Both the position numbers and the translations under genes were made by a program. The notes under the pieces were generated by a model that was not told the origin of the DNA, searched no databases, and saw only the letters and a list, made by a program, of their open reading frames with translations. Shown in pieces: positions 47,525 to 57,165 of a stretch of DNA of 64,000 bases; position 1 is the first letter of the stretch; each line of letters starts with the position of its first letter. This DNA comes from Nitrospirota bacterium (GTDB taxonomy: Bacteria; Nitrospirota; UBA9217), in contig CAWBNQ010000002.1 of NCBI GenBank assembly GCA_963790205.1, positions 64,001-128,000 on the forward strand, in the 5' to 3' direction.

Positions 47525-49511
47525 ATGAGAGAAGACCTTAAATCCGTTGATCCGGCCGCACAGGCATTGCTGAAAGCAGCCGGTGAGAAAAAAATATCCA
47601 CGGCCTTCGAACGTGCCGAGAAATTGAAGCCTTGTCCGATAGGACACCAGGGGGCCTGTTGCAAGATGTGCCACATGGGCCCCTGCCGTCTGGTAGGCAA
47701 GGAAGAAGAGGCCGAGGGCGTCTGCGGCGCAACGCTGCCGGTGGTGACAGCGCGGAACTTCGCGCGCATGGTGGCCGCCGGGACCGCGGCGCATTCAGAC
47801 CATGCCCGAGACCTTGCCAATACCCTGCTCGCTGTGGCGCGCGGCGAGGCGAAGGACTTCCAGATCAAGGATGTTCGCAAGCTGAACCGCGTGGCCGGAT
47901 ACCTCGGCATCAATATCGAGGGCAAGCCCGTGAACAAGGTGGCGGAAGAGGTCGCGCTCAAGTTCATCGAGCAGTTCGGACAGCAGAAGGGCGAGCTCGT
48001 GTATCTCTCCCGCGCGCCGAAAAAGCGGCAGGAGATCTGGCGCAAGCTCGGCATTGCGCCACGGGGGATCGACCGCGAAGTGGTGGAAATGCTGCATCGA
48101 ACGCCACATGGGCGTGGACCAGGAGCCGAACAACATCATGCTTGGCGCCATGCGCGCGTCGCTGGCCGACGGCTGGGGCGGCTCCATGATCGGCACGGAC
48201 ATCTCGGACATCCTGTTCGGCACTCCCGCGCCGGTAAAGACGAAAGCCGGCCTCGATATCTTCAAGGACGATTACGTGAACCTCGTGGTCCACGGCCATG
48301 AACCCTCATTTGCCGAGATGCTCGTCGTGGCGGTGGACGACCCTGAAATCACGGCATATGCCAAGACCAAGGGGGCCAAGGGAGTGAATCTCGTGGGCAT
48401 GTGCTGCACGGCCAACGAAATCCTCGTCCGGCACGGCATCCCCACGGCAGGAGGCTTCCTGCAGCAGGAGCTCGGCCTTATGACCGGCATGGTCGAGGCC
48501 ATGGTGGTGGACGTGCAGTGCATCATGCCGGCCATCTCACAGCTGTCGAAGAAGTTCCATACCAAGATCGTCACCACGACGCCCAAGGGGAAAATGACGG
48601 ACGCCGTTCACGTTGAATACGACGAGCACCGCGGCCTGGAGATCGCCAAGAACGTGGTCAGAATGGCGATCGACAATTTCCCGAACCGGAAAAAAGAGGA
48701 CGTAACGCACGCAAACGTGAAACCGGCCGATGTGATAGCAGGGTTCTCCGACGAGTACATCGAGTATATGCAGGGAGGGCGGTACCGGGGTTCATACCGG
48801 CCCCTGAACGACGCCATCATCGCCGGCCGCATCCGCGGGGTGGTGGGGCTTGCGGGCTGCAACAACCCGCGCATCAGCCAGGACAGCCTTCACAACTTCC
48901 TCACCCGGGAGTTCATCAAGAACGACATTCTTGTCGTCCAGACCGGCTGCTCGGCTCATGCCTCGGCCAAGGCCGGTTATATGACGCCTGAGAATGCCCT
49001 GGAGAACGCCGGTCCGGGCCTCCGCGAAGTGTGCGAAGCCATCGGCATTCCGCCGGTGCTTCACCTGGGCTCTTGTGTCGATAACTCGCGGATCCTGACC
49101 ATCGCGGCCCATATCGCCGAGGAAGGCGGGCTCGGCGACGATATTGGCGGGCTTCCGGCGGTGGGCATCGCTCCCGAATGGATGAGCGAGAAAGCCATCG
49201 CCATCGGAACGTACTTCGCGGCCTCGGGCGTGCCGATCATCTTCGGGGCCGGTTCTCCGGTCAGCGCCAGCAAGACGCTCAAGGACATCATGGAGAACAA
49301 ATGGTGGGACATGGTGACCGCGGGCTTCTATTTCGAGGAAGATCCCGGGAAGATCGTCGAGCTGACCCTGAAGCTCATCGACACGGCGCGGGAAAAACTG
49401 AAGATCCGCAAGTACGAATCAGGCAGGTTCGGAACCGAGCGCGTACTCATGGATATGGCCGCACGGCGGGCGGGTACGTTCGCTACGCCGCATGGAGCGG
49501 ATGTGTCGTAA
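47525..49511 (+). CDS. cooS: Ni-containing carbon monoxide dehydrogenase catalytic subunit, with a +1 frameshift near 48104
   Basis: CPIG...CCKMCHMGPC, AAHSDH, HRT/HMG across the shift (CGA ACG C CAC ATG), HGHEP, MCCTANE, DVQC, GCNN, TGC, GSCVDNSR and SEKA motifs. Confidence 0.93.
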
Positions 49512-49535
49512 TCCCGGTATAAGTTGATTTTAGCG

Positions 49536-49566
49536 AAGGAGAGGTCCTCGGGGCCTCTCCTTTTTT
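49536..49566 (+). terminator. Intrinsic terminator after cooS
   Basis: AAGGAGAGGTCC-TCG-GGGCCTCTCCTT plus a T run. Confidence 0.8.
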
Positions 49567-49684
49567 GTTCCCGGCGCAGGGAAGTTCCTGATCAAGCATT
49601 CATCGACGAAAGCGATGGTGTATAATTCAGGGGAAGGGATGGTTTCCCTGCAAAAGCCTGAGGAGGAATTGGAGGGGCAAGCGC

Positions 49685-50299
49685 ATGTATAAGGGAGAAT
49701 GGGTGAACAGCATCAGCCATTTGATCGGCGCAAGCCTCGCGCTTGCCGGGCTGGCGGTCCTCGTGGTGCTTGCAAGCCTGAAGGGCGATCCCTGGAAGAT
49801 CGTCAGCTTCAGCATTTACGGCGTAACGCTGGTCGCGCTGTACCTTTTTTCCACGCTCTACCACAGTGTCCGGGGAGCCTCGAAGAAGGTATTCCAGAAA
49901 ATCGATCACAGCGCAATCTATCTGCTCATCGCCGGCTCCTACACCCCTTTTGCCCTCGTGACCCTGCGCGGCGCCTGGGGATGGTCCCTTTTCGGGGTCA
50001 TCTGGGGGCTCGCGCTCTTCGGCATTATTCAGGACACCCTCGCCCCGGGGAGACGGATACTCTCCGTCGTAATCTATCTCCTCATGGGCTGGCTTGCGCT
50101 TGTCGCTCTACGCCCGCTCGCACATGCGCTCCCCGGCGCGGGCATGGCCTGGCTGGTCGCCGGGGGAGTTTTCTACACCACCGGGGTCCTCTTTTACGCC
50201 CTGGACAAGAAAATGTCCTTTGGCCACGAGATCTTTCATCTCTTCGTGCTGGCCGGCAGCGTTTGTCATTACCTCACGATCCTGCTATACGTGGCCTGA
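49685..50299 (+). CDS. Hemolysin III (PAQR) family membrane protein
   Basis: E..NSISH, STLYH, DHSAIYLLIAGSYTP and HEIFH motifs. Confidence 0.94.
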   Translation: MYKGEWVNSISHLIGASLALAGLAVLVVLASLKGDPWKIVSFSIYGVTLVALYLFSTLYHSVRGASKKVFQKIDHSAIYLLIAGSYTPFALVTLRGAWGWSLFGVIWGLALFGIIQDTLAPGRRILSVVIYLLMGWLALVALRPLAHALPGAGMAWLVAGGVFYTTGVLFYALDKKMSFGHEIFHLFVLAGSVCHYLTILLYVA

Positions 50300-50450
50300 C
50301 GCGGCGCCCCCTCCCCGGCCAAGCCCTCTTCTCTTCAGTCGAAAAAAACCGCTTAAACAAAAAAAATATCTTGACATTTGATACTTTTTCAGTATTCTAG
50401 TAACTATACTTACTATAACTATTAGCACTAGCCTATCCAGTGAGGGAGCA

Positions 50451-50651
50451 ATGGTTACCCGCAAAAATCCGAGAAAGTATAAAACAAAAGAGATTTGCGA
50501 CCGTTTCGACATATCGCGGGCGACGCTTTTTCGGTGGGAGAGCGAAGGGGTGCTCGTGGGGGTCGGACGCGACTGGCGCGGCTGGCGGATTTATGATGAG
50601 CACAATGTCATGGCAATCGAGAGGATCATTAAAAATAAGAACGCCCTTTAA
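50451..50651 (+). CDS. Small MerR-like HTH DNA-binding protein
   Basis: KEICDRFDISRATLFRWESEG...RDWRGWRIY; RBS GAGGGAG; promoter-like TTGACA at 50371. Confidence 0.85.
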   Translation: MVTRKNPRKYKTKEICDRFDISRATLFRWESEGVLVGVGRDWRGWRIYDEHNVMAIERIIKNKNAL

Positions 50652-50781
50652 CTTGCAATTCCCCGTAGCTTGCTACGGGGTCACCTTATAGAGGGAAGAG
50701 TTTGAGAAACCGCAGGTTGCTCAAAAGATAATCGTCTTCCTTTTTATAGATACCCCGCAGCTTGCTGCGGGGAGGTTCATT
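50651..50781. mobile_element. Non-autonomous palindrome-bounded element (IS200/IS605-type PATE/MITE-like)
   Basis: Two near-identical GC hairpins CCCCGTAGCTTGCTACGGGG (50661-50680) and CCCCGCAGCTTGCTGCGGGG (50753-50772) flanking a third long stem; no ORF. Confidence 0.6.
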
Positions 50782-50806
50782 GGCGCGATATTCTGCCGGA
50801 GTAAAA

Positions 50807-51859
50807 ATGCTTTTTTCAAAAAAATCAGATCCGATTGCCCTTGATATCGGGTCCACGTTCATCAAATTGGTGCAACTGAAGGGGGCGAAGGGACATTACC
50901 AACTCGTCAAATTCGGCATGATCCCCCTGCCTCCCGAAGTCATCGTTGAGGGCGCGGTCATGGACGCCGGGCGCGTTGTCGATGCCATCAAGGAACTCCT
51001 GGCGGCCCAGCAGGTCAAGACCAGGGAAGTGGTGATCTCGGTCTCCGGCAGCTCGGTCATCATCAAACGCATATCCGTCGCCGATATGTCCGAGGAAGAG
51101 CTTGCCGAGTCCATCAAATGGGAGGCGGAACAGTACATCCCCTTTTCCATTGACGACGTGAACGTCGATTTTCAAAAACTCGGCCCGGGCGCGCAGGAGG
51201 GACAGGCGGACGTGCTCCTTGTGGCGGTCAAAAAAGACAAGATCAACGACTACATCAATCTCGTGAAAGAGGCGGGGCTTGAACCGGTCGTCCTGGATGT
51301 GGACGCCTTTGCCCTTGCGAACATGTACGAGCACAACTATGATCTGGAAGCCGGCATTATCGCGCTCCTCAATATCGGCGCGTCGGTGATGAACATTAAT
51401 ATCCTCAAGGACGGCATGTCGATCTTTACGCGCGATATCACGGTGGGCGGCAACCGCTATACCGAGGCGCTGCAGCGGGAGTTCGGCCTTACCTATGAGG
51501 ACGCCGAAAAGGTGAAGCGGGGTGAGGCCGTCGAGGGCCAGGACAGGGAGCAGATCGCGGGCGTGATGTCCGCCGTTACGGAAGACATCGTGGGCGAAAC
51601 ACAGCGGTCGTTCGATTTTTTCCGGTCCACAACCGGGAGCGACCAAGTCACGCGCGTGCTGGTCTCGGGCGGCTGCGCCAGAATAGCGAATTTTACCCCC
51701 GTCCTCTCCCAGCGCATTGAAATCCCCGTGGAGATCACGAACCCCTTCAAAAATATCAAGATAGACCCGAAGCGCTTTGATCCGGCGTTTTTGCAGGAAG
51801 TCGGGCCCCAGTCCGCGGTTGCGGTAGGGCTTGCGATCAGGAGGCCGGGGGACCGATGA
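50807..51859 (+). CDS. pilM: Type IV pilus assembly protein PilM
   Basis: LDIGS..IK, WEAEQYIPF, NIGAS, VSGGCA and AVGLA.R motifs. Confidence 0.95.
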   Translation: MLFSKKSDPIALDIGSTFIKLVQLKGAKGHYQLVKFGMIPLPPEVIVEGAVMDAGRVVDAIKELLAAQQVKTREVVISVSGSSVIIKRISVADMSEEELAESIKWEAEQYIPFSIDDVNVDFQKLGPGAQEGQADVLLVAVKKDKINDYINLVKEAGLEPVVLDVDAFALANMYEHNYDLEAGIIALLNIGASVMNINILKDGMSIFTRDITVGGNRYTEALQREFGLTYEDAEKVKRGEAVEGQDREQIAGVMSAVTEDIVGETQRSFDFFRSTTGSDQVTRVLVSGGCARIANFTPVLSQRIEIPVEITNPFKNIKIDPKRFDPAFLQEVGPQSAVAVGLAIRRPGDR

Positions 51860-52405
51860 TCAAGATAAATCTCCTGCCCACCAAGAAAAAGCCGCCCAGG
51901 AAGGTCACTGAGCTTCAGCAGCAGTTGATCCTCGGCGGGCTCATCCTGGCCCTGGCGGGGGGCGGGATGTGGGCATACTGGAACAGCCTGAGCTCCAAGA
52001 TAGACGACCTTCAGGGGACGAAGGCGGCGGCGAACCGCGAGGGTCCGGGAGCAGGACAGCATGCTCAAGGAAGTCAAATCGGTCGAAGGCGAACGCAAAC
52101 AGGTCAACGACAAGATCGCCATTATTGAACAACTGAAAAAAAACCAGGGTCTTCTCGTGCATCTCCTCGATGAGATCAGTAAAGCGCTGCCGCAGGGAGT
52201 GAACCTTACGTCGCTCTCCGAAAACAGCGGACAGATCGCCCTGGAGGGTATGGCGTTCACGAATAACGACATAGTTCATTTTGTCGATAACCTCAAGGCC
52301 TCCCCGTATTGCACCGACGTGTTTTTGCAGGAAACAGCGCAGAGTGCGGTGGAGGGGGTTGATGTTTATAAATACAAACTGCAGTTTACCTTTAAGGGAA
52401 TATAA
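51856..52405 (+). CDS. pilN: Type IV pilus assembly protein PilN, with a +1 frameshift near 52034
   Basis: MIKINLLP, TM helix, coiled coil; continues in the 52061-52405 frame (LLDEISKALP, LEGMA). Confidence 0.88.
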
Positions 52406-53031
52406 TGGCGTCTTTTGCCGCTAACATTGCATCAAAGATACAGAAGATCCCGACCAAGACGAGGTTATACGGATTTGGCGCCCTTGTCCTCGTTATCGGG
52501 GTATTGTTCATCTATTTTGTTCACATCCCCATGACCACCCAGATCAAGCAGCTCGAGAAGGATATTTCCAGCCTCCAGACGACCATTCAAACGAATGATG
52601 AAAAGATAAAAAAGCTCGCGGAGCTGCGGGCCGAGGTAAAGACGCTTGAAGAGCGGCTGCGCCTGCTTACCGAACAGCTCCCGCCGGGCTCCGAAGTTTC
52701 CGGTCTCCTGGGGCAAATCCAGAACCTCGTGAGCCAGTCGGGGCTTACCCTTAAGCTCTGGCGGCCGGACAAACGAAAGGCGCATCCGAGCGGCTTGTAC
52801 GAGGAGATACCGATTGTCATGGAACTCACCGGCGGGTACCATGACGTAGCGCTCTTTTTTGACCGGGTGAGCAAACTGACCCGCATCGTGAATATGCGGA
52901 ACCTCAAGATGACCGGGGCGACCATGAACAAGGCCGGGGGCATGGACATCAAGATCAACTGTACGGCCATGACCTTCGCGGCGGTGGAGAAAAAACCTGA
53001 TGCAACACCAGTGGCAAAAAAGACAAACTAG
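52405..53031 (+). CDS. pilO: Type IV pilus assembly protein PilO
   Basis: TM plus coiled coil; QLP...EVSGLL, YEEIP and GGYHD..FFD.V..LTRIV motifs. Confidence 0.92.
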   Translation: MASFAANIASKIQKIPTKTRLYGFGALVLVIGVLFIYFVHIPMTTQIKQLEKDISSLQTTIQTNDEKIKKLAELRAEVKTLEERLRLLTEQLPPGSEVSGLLGQIQNLVSQSGLTLKLWRPDKRKAHPSGLYEEIPIVMELTGGYHDVALFFDRVSKLTRIVNMRNLKMTGATMNKAGGMDIKINCTAMTFAAVEKKPDATPVAKKTN

Positions 53032-53569
53032 ACCGCGGTTCTTCTTTACGCTGGCGCTTCCGGTGCTGGTGGCAATGCTCGCGGGTTGTTCTAATTCGCC
53101 GAAGGCGCCGGCGCCCGCAGCGGCCCCCGGCGCCTCAGCCTCAACGCAAAGACAGCCCATCGCCTCCGCGCCTACCGGTACGGCCCTTCTCAAGACCGGG
53201 GAAAAGCCGGTCGAGGAATTTTCCTACCGACCCGTCAGCAGGCGGGACCCCTTTGCCCCTATTGTCATGAAGCAGGAGAAGAAGGCGAGTATGGGCGACC
53301 GGCCCCCCTTGGAACGATACAATATCAGCGAATTCAAGCTGAGCGGCATCGTATGGGGCGGTTTCGGGTACAATGCCATGCTCGAAGGCCCTGATGGAAA
53401 AGGGTATTTTATCCGTGTCGGCACTATTCTCGGCCCGAACCGGGGTGTCGTCAAAAAAATCACCCAGAATATGATCGTCATCGAGGAAAAATTCAAGAAC
53501 ATGATGGGCGAAACCGAACGCAAGGAAATTACCGTCCAACTCCGGAAAAAAGAGGAGGAGAAACCATGA
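53000..53569 (+). CDS. pilP: Type IV pilus lipoprotein PilP
   Basis: Lipobox LAGC; RDPF, PLERY, KL.GIVW and G.N.G motifs. Confidence 0.92.
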   Translation: MQHQWQKRQTRPRFFFTLALPVLVAMLAGCSNSPKAPAPAAAPGASASTQRQPIASAPTGTALLKTGEKPVEEFSYRPVSRRDPFAPIVMKQEKKASMGDRPPLERYNISEFKLSGIVWGGFGYNAMLEGPDGKGYFIRVGTILGPNRGVVKKITQNMIVIEEKFKNMMGETERKEITVQLRKKEEEKP

Positions 53570-55899
53570 AACACTTTCAACCACGCGCCATACTCAGGTT
53601 GATGGTCCTGATCTTTCTTACCGCGGGGGTGTTCCATGGTTGCGCCGCCACGTCGCCGACAACCGGCAAAGAGCCCGGCGCACTGGTCCCCATCAGCAAC
53701 ATCGAGCCCCGCGAGACGGACGGCAAGACCGAGATCGTAGTCGAAGGCGCCGGGCCTCTCCAGCAATACACTTCTTTCCAGCTAACCGAACCGCTCCGGC
53801 TGGTTGTCGACATCACGGATGCCGACATCAGAAAATTCCAGGAGAAGATACCGGTGGGCAAGGGAGCCATTCTCGATATCACGCCGAGCCAAGTGGACAA
53901 CATCGCCCGGCTGGAGATCGGCCTCAGCCAGGAGGCGGACACCAAACTCTACCAGGAGAACGGCAAGCTCGTGATAGAGATCGCCAAACCCTCGGAAGAA
54001 GCGAAGCAGGCGGCACCCGAGTCGCTCAAATCCGCTGGTACGCCCACGACGCCGCCGGCTGGAGGAGCGGAGCAGGCCGGAGTTAAAAAACCAGTCAAGA
54101 GGCCCGCGTCAGTGGTCACCGCCGTGCAGGCGACCGCAGGCACGGGCGGGGCCAAAGTGGTCATCACTGCCAACGGGACCATGACGCCCAATACCTTCAT
54201 GCTTGAGGGCAAAAAACTGGTCATTGATATCCCCGGGACCCGAAGCAGGGTTAAACCGAAAGTCATTCCGGTAAGGAAAGGCGGCCTCGACAAGGTGCGC
54301 GTTGGGCAGTTTACGGCCCAGACAGTCCGTGTTGTGCTGGATCTTACCAAGCCCATGACCTACACGGCCACGCCTGAGGGCAATAAAGTTATCATTGCCA
54401 TGAGCGAAGCAGCGCCGGCCAAGGCCGAAGAAACAGCCCCTCAGGAAAAAACAGCGGCGTCAGAAGCGGAAAAAGCGCAGGCCGTAGTGCAGGAAAAGCC
54501 CGCGCCCCCGGCGCACGGGGCCCCGGCTGTTCCTCCGGCCCCGGCCGCTCCGGCACCGGCAAAAATCGAGAGGGCGGGCGCGGCGAAACAGACTCCGGGA
54601 CCGCTGGAGGCAAGCGCGCTCATCGGCGGGGGCAAGTATTCCGGGCGAAGAATATCGCTGGACCTTCAAGACGCCGATTTGGTCAACGTATTGCGGCTTT
54701 TTGCCGATGTGGCTGACCTGAACATCATCATCGCCCCCGACGTAAAAGGCAGGGTGACCGTGCGCATGGTCAATATTCCCTGGGACCAGGCCATGGACAT
54801 CATCCTCAAAATGAACGGACTCGGGTTCATCCTCGAAGACAACGTCCTCAGGGTCGCGTCGGTGGCGGCCCTTACGAAAGAGGCTGAGGATGAATCCAGG
54901 GCCAAGGACGCGAAAAAGAAGGCGGAAGACCTTGTCACGCGTATGGTCTCGATAAACTACGCCACGGCGAGCGCCATTAACGGCACGCTCAAAAAGTCCC
55001 TGTCTTCCCGGGGAGAGACCGTGGTCGATGAAAGGACCAATACCATCATCATTACCGACATAGCGAAGAATGTGAACGATATCCTGGCCCTTATCAAGGT
55101 GCTGGACAAGGCGATCCCGCAGGTCATGATCGAGGCGCGGATCGTGCAAGCGTCAACCACCTTCAGCCGCGACATCGGCGTGCAGTGGGGCGGAACGTAC
55201 ATAGCGGACGCGGCGCACGGGAACCCGCCCGGCTTTAACTTCCCGAACACCATAACGACCACCGGCGGGCCCACCCAGGGGACGACGCAATTCGGCGCAG
55301 GCAACTACCTGGTGAACCTGCCCGCGGCCGTGGGCGCGGGTTCCGGCGGGTCCATCGGGTTCAACTTCGGCTCGCTGTCCAAGGCCCTGAACCTCGATCT
55401 CGCGCTTTCAGCCATGGAGTCCACGGGCGAAGGCAAGGTGATCTCCACGCCGCGGATAAGCGCGCTCGACAACAAGGAGGCCAAGATCGAGCAGGGGTCG
55501 TCGATCCCCTATACCACGACTTCATCATCGGGCACGCAGGTTCAGTTTATCGACGCCAAGCTTTCCCTGACCGTGACGCCGCACGTCACGCCGGACAACA
55601 AGATATTCATGAAGATCCAGGCGACCAAGAATGCGCCGGATACGTCCCTCCTGGGAGCGGGCGGACAGCCTTCGATCAGCACAAGCTCGGCAACCACGGA
55701 AATCCTGCTTACCGACGGAGAGACAGCCGTCATCGGCGGCATCCTCATCATCGACCGTGGTTATACGATTCAGAAGGTGCCCTTTTTCGGCGACCTGCCG
55801 CTCATCGGTTGGCTGTTCAGGGAAAAGACTCTGAAAAACAACAAGACGGAGCTGCTTATCTTTATAACGCCGCGGCTTGTGAGGCAGGATACAATTTGA
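53566..55899 (+). CDS. pilQ: Type IV pilus secretin PilQ (two AMIN domains)
   Basis: RLVVD and VRVVLDL AMIN motifs; Y.GRRISLD, QVMIEARIV, VTPHVT, KVPFFGDLP and ELLIFITP. Confidence 0.96.
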   Translation: MKHFQPRAILRLMVLIFLTAGVFHGCAATSPTTGKEPGALVPISNIEPRETDGKTEIVVEGAGPLQQYTSFQLTEPLRLVVDITDADIRKFQEKIPVGKGAILDITPSQVDNIARLEIGLSQEADTKLYQENGKLVIEIAKPSEEAKQAAPESLKSAGTPTTPPAGGAEQAGVKKPVKRPASVVTAVQATAGTGGAKVVITANGTMTPNTFMLEGKKLVIDIPGTRSRVKPKVIPVRKGGLDKVRVGQFTAQTVRVVLDLTKPMTYTATPEGNKVIIAMSEAAPAKAEETAPQEKTAASEAEKAQAVVQEKPAPPAHGAPAVPPAPAAPAPAKIERAGAAKQTPGPLEASALIGGGKYSGRRISLDLQDADLVNVLRLFADVADLNIIIAPDVKGRVTVRMVNIPWDQAMDIILKMNGLGFILEDNVLRVASVAALTKEAEDESRAKDAKKKAEDLVTRMVSINYATASAINGTLKKSLSSRGETVVDERTNTIIITDIAKNVNDILALIKVLDKAIPQVMIEARIVQASTTFSRDIGVQWGGTYIADAAHGNPPGFNFPNTITTTGGPTQGTTQFGAGNYLVNLPAAVGAGSGGSIGFNFGSLSKALNLDLALSAMESTGEGKVISTPRISALDNKEAKIEQGSSIPYTTTSSSGTQVQFIDAKLSLTVTPHVTPDNKIFMKIQATKNAPDTSLLGAGGQPSISTSSATTEILLTDGETAVIGGILIIDRGYTIQKVPFFGDLPLIGWLFREKTLKNNKTELLIFITPRLVRQDTI

Positions 55900-56101
55900 G
55901 CAAGCGGGAAGCGATCTGACTTGAATGCCAGCCGGGGCCGGGAAGACTGAAGGAGTATGAAAGCGCGGCATCAGTAAAAATGACGCATCACTGGGAAACA
56001 GATTCCATGATTATGGATAAGCGCGACAATGCGACGGCATCAGAAGCCGCCGTAGCGAAAGCGCAATAATGGAAAAACAACAGGTTATCCGGTGCCGGAC
56101 C

Positions 56102-56118
56102 TTGGCGCGGCATTTGCA
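56102..56118 (+). promoter_or_regulatory. Sigma54 (-24/-12) promoter
   Basis: TTGGCGCGGCATTTGCA: GG-N10-GC, one mismatch to YTGGCACGRNNNTTGCW. Confidence 0.65.
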
Positions 56119-56169
56119 GATTATTGAATGGCATAATAAAGTTCTGAGCCAAAAGGAGGTCGTTGATTG

Positions 56170-57018
56170 ATGGGCACGATCGTTAAAATAAAGAAGCTTT
56201 CACGAATGTCTGTGCTGCTTCTTGTCGCATTCTCCGTCATAGTGCTCTCGGGGTGTGGAAAATCAGGCACGCCACCGCCCGGCGCGACGCTCACCATAGC
56301 GACACAAGGTCCGTTAATTAGCGATACGACAATCACATCCGGTATTACAACTCAAAAGTATCGCGTAATGGTCGTTGACACGGCCGGTATTCCGCTTCAA
56401 GGAGTAAAGGTGGATATTCAAGCTACGTTTACGACTGGCGATAATATTGCGTTCAATGGTCTACCTGGGGCCATCAACACCTCACCTCAAATGCTTATTA
56501 CCAGCGTTGAGACAGGCGATCTTGGGTTCTTTGATTTCCCTATCAGCGCACCCACGTTTTCGTTTGGTACGCTCGCCACCCCACTTGCAACAGGCGCCAG
56601 TGCGTTAGCGAGCGGCGGTACCCTTACTGTTGGTATGTTTCAATATCAGATCACGGCTACTGATGCTGCCACACCACCAGGTGAAACTTTGCCATCCAGT
56701 ATCGTCTCTGCACCCACTACAACATCAAACAGCAGCGTTACAATAACCTGGCAAGCAGTATCAAGGGCATCGGGTTATAATATTTACGGCGATGAAGGGA
56801 CCGGCACAATAGGAAAACTGACAGTGACGCCGCTTACTGCTTCGTCGGTTTGTAATGCGCTCACACTGGTTTGTACATTTACCGACAAAGGTTTAGTGAC
56901 AACCCCCGGGGCCGCTCCACCTTTGGTAGGTAACAGCGGGCAAGGCGCCAATCCCGTCAAAGGCTCGATGACGGCGACTACAGGGGCACTTTCAGCTTCA
57001 ATGGATATAGCACAGTAG
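56170..57018 (+). CDS. Thr/Ser/Gly-rich lipoprotein with Ig/FN3-like beta domains
   Basis: RBS AGGAGG; lipobox LSGC; YQITATD..GET and ITW.AV..ASGYNIY (FN3-like); lower GC than the pil genes. Confidence 0.75.
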   Translation: MGTIVKIKKLSRMSVLLLVAFSVIVLSGCGKSGTPPPGATLTIATQGPLISDTTITSGITTQKYRVMVVDTAGIPLQGVKVDIQATFTTGDNIAFNGLPGAINTSPQMLITSVETGDLGFFDFPISAPTFSFGTLATPLATGASALASGGTLTVGMFQYQITATDAATPPGETLPSSIVSAPTTTSNSSVTITWQAVSRASGYNIYGDEGTGTIGKLTVTPLTASSVCNALTLVCTFTDKGLVTTPGAAPPLVGNSGQGANPVKGSMTATTGALSASMDIAQ

Positions 57019-57055
57019 ACAGACCAGCTTTGCGAAGCAGCAGCACGCCATCGAA

Positions 57056-57082
57056 TGCGCCCTCAGGGGCGCTTTCTTTTTT
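57056..57082 (+). terminator. Probable intrinsic terminator
   Basis: GCGCCC-TCAG-GGGCGC stem followed by TTTCTTTTTT. Confidence 0.65.
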
Positions 57083-57165
57083 AGGACGGGATGAAGCTCG
57101 ATTTTTTTATGTGGTGTGCTATATCCTTCCATAAGGTCTTTCAATACGACTTATACTGACGCGAC

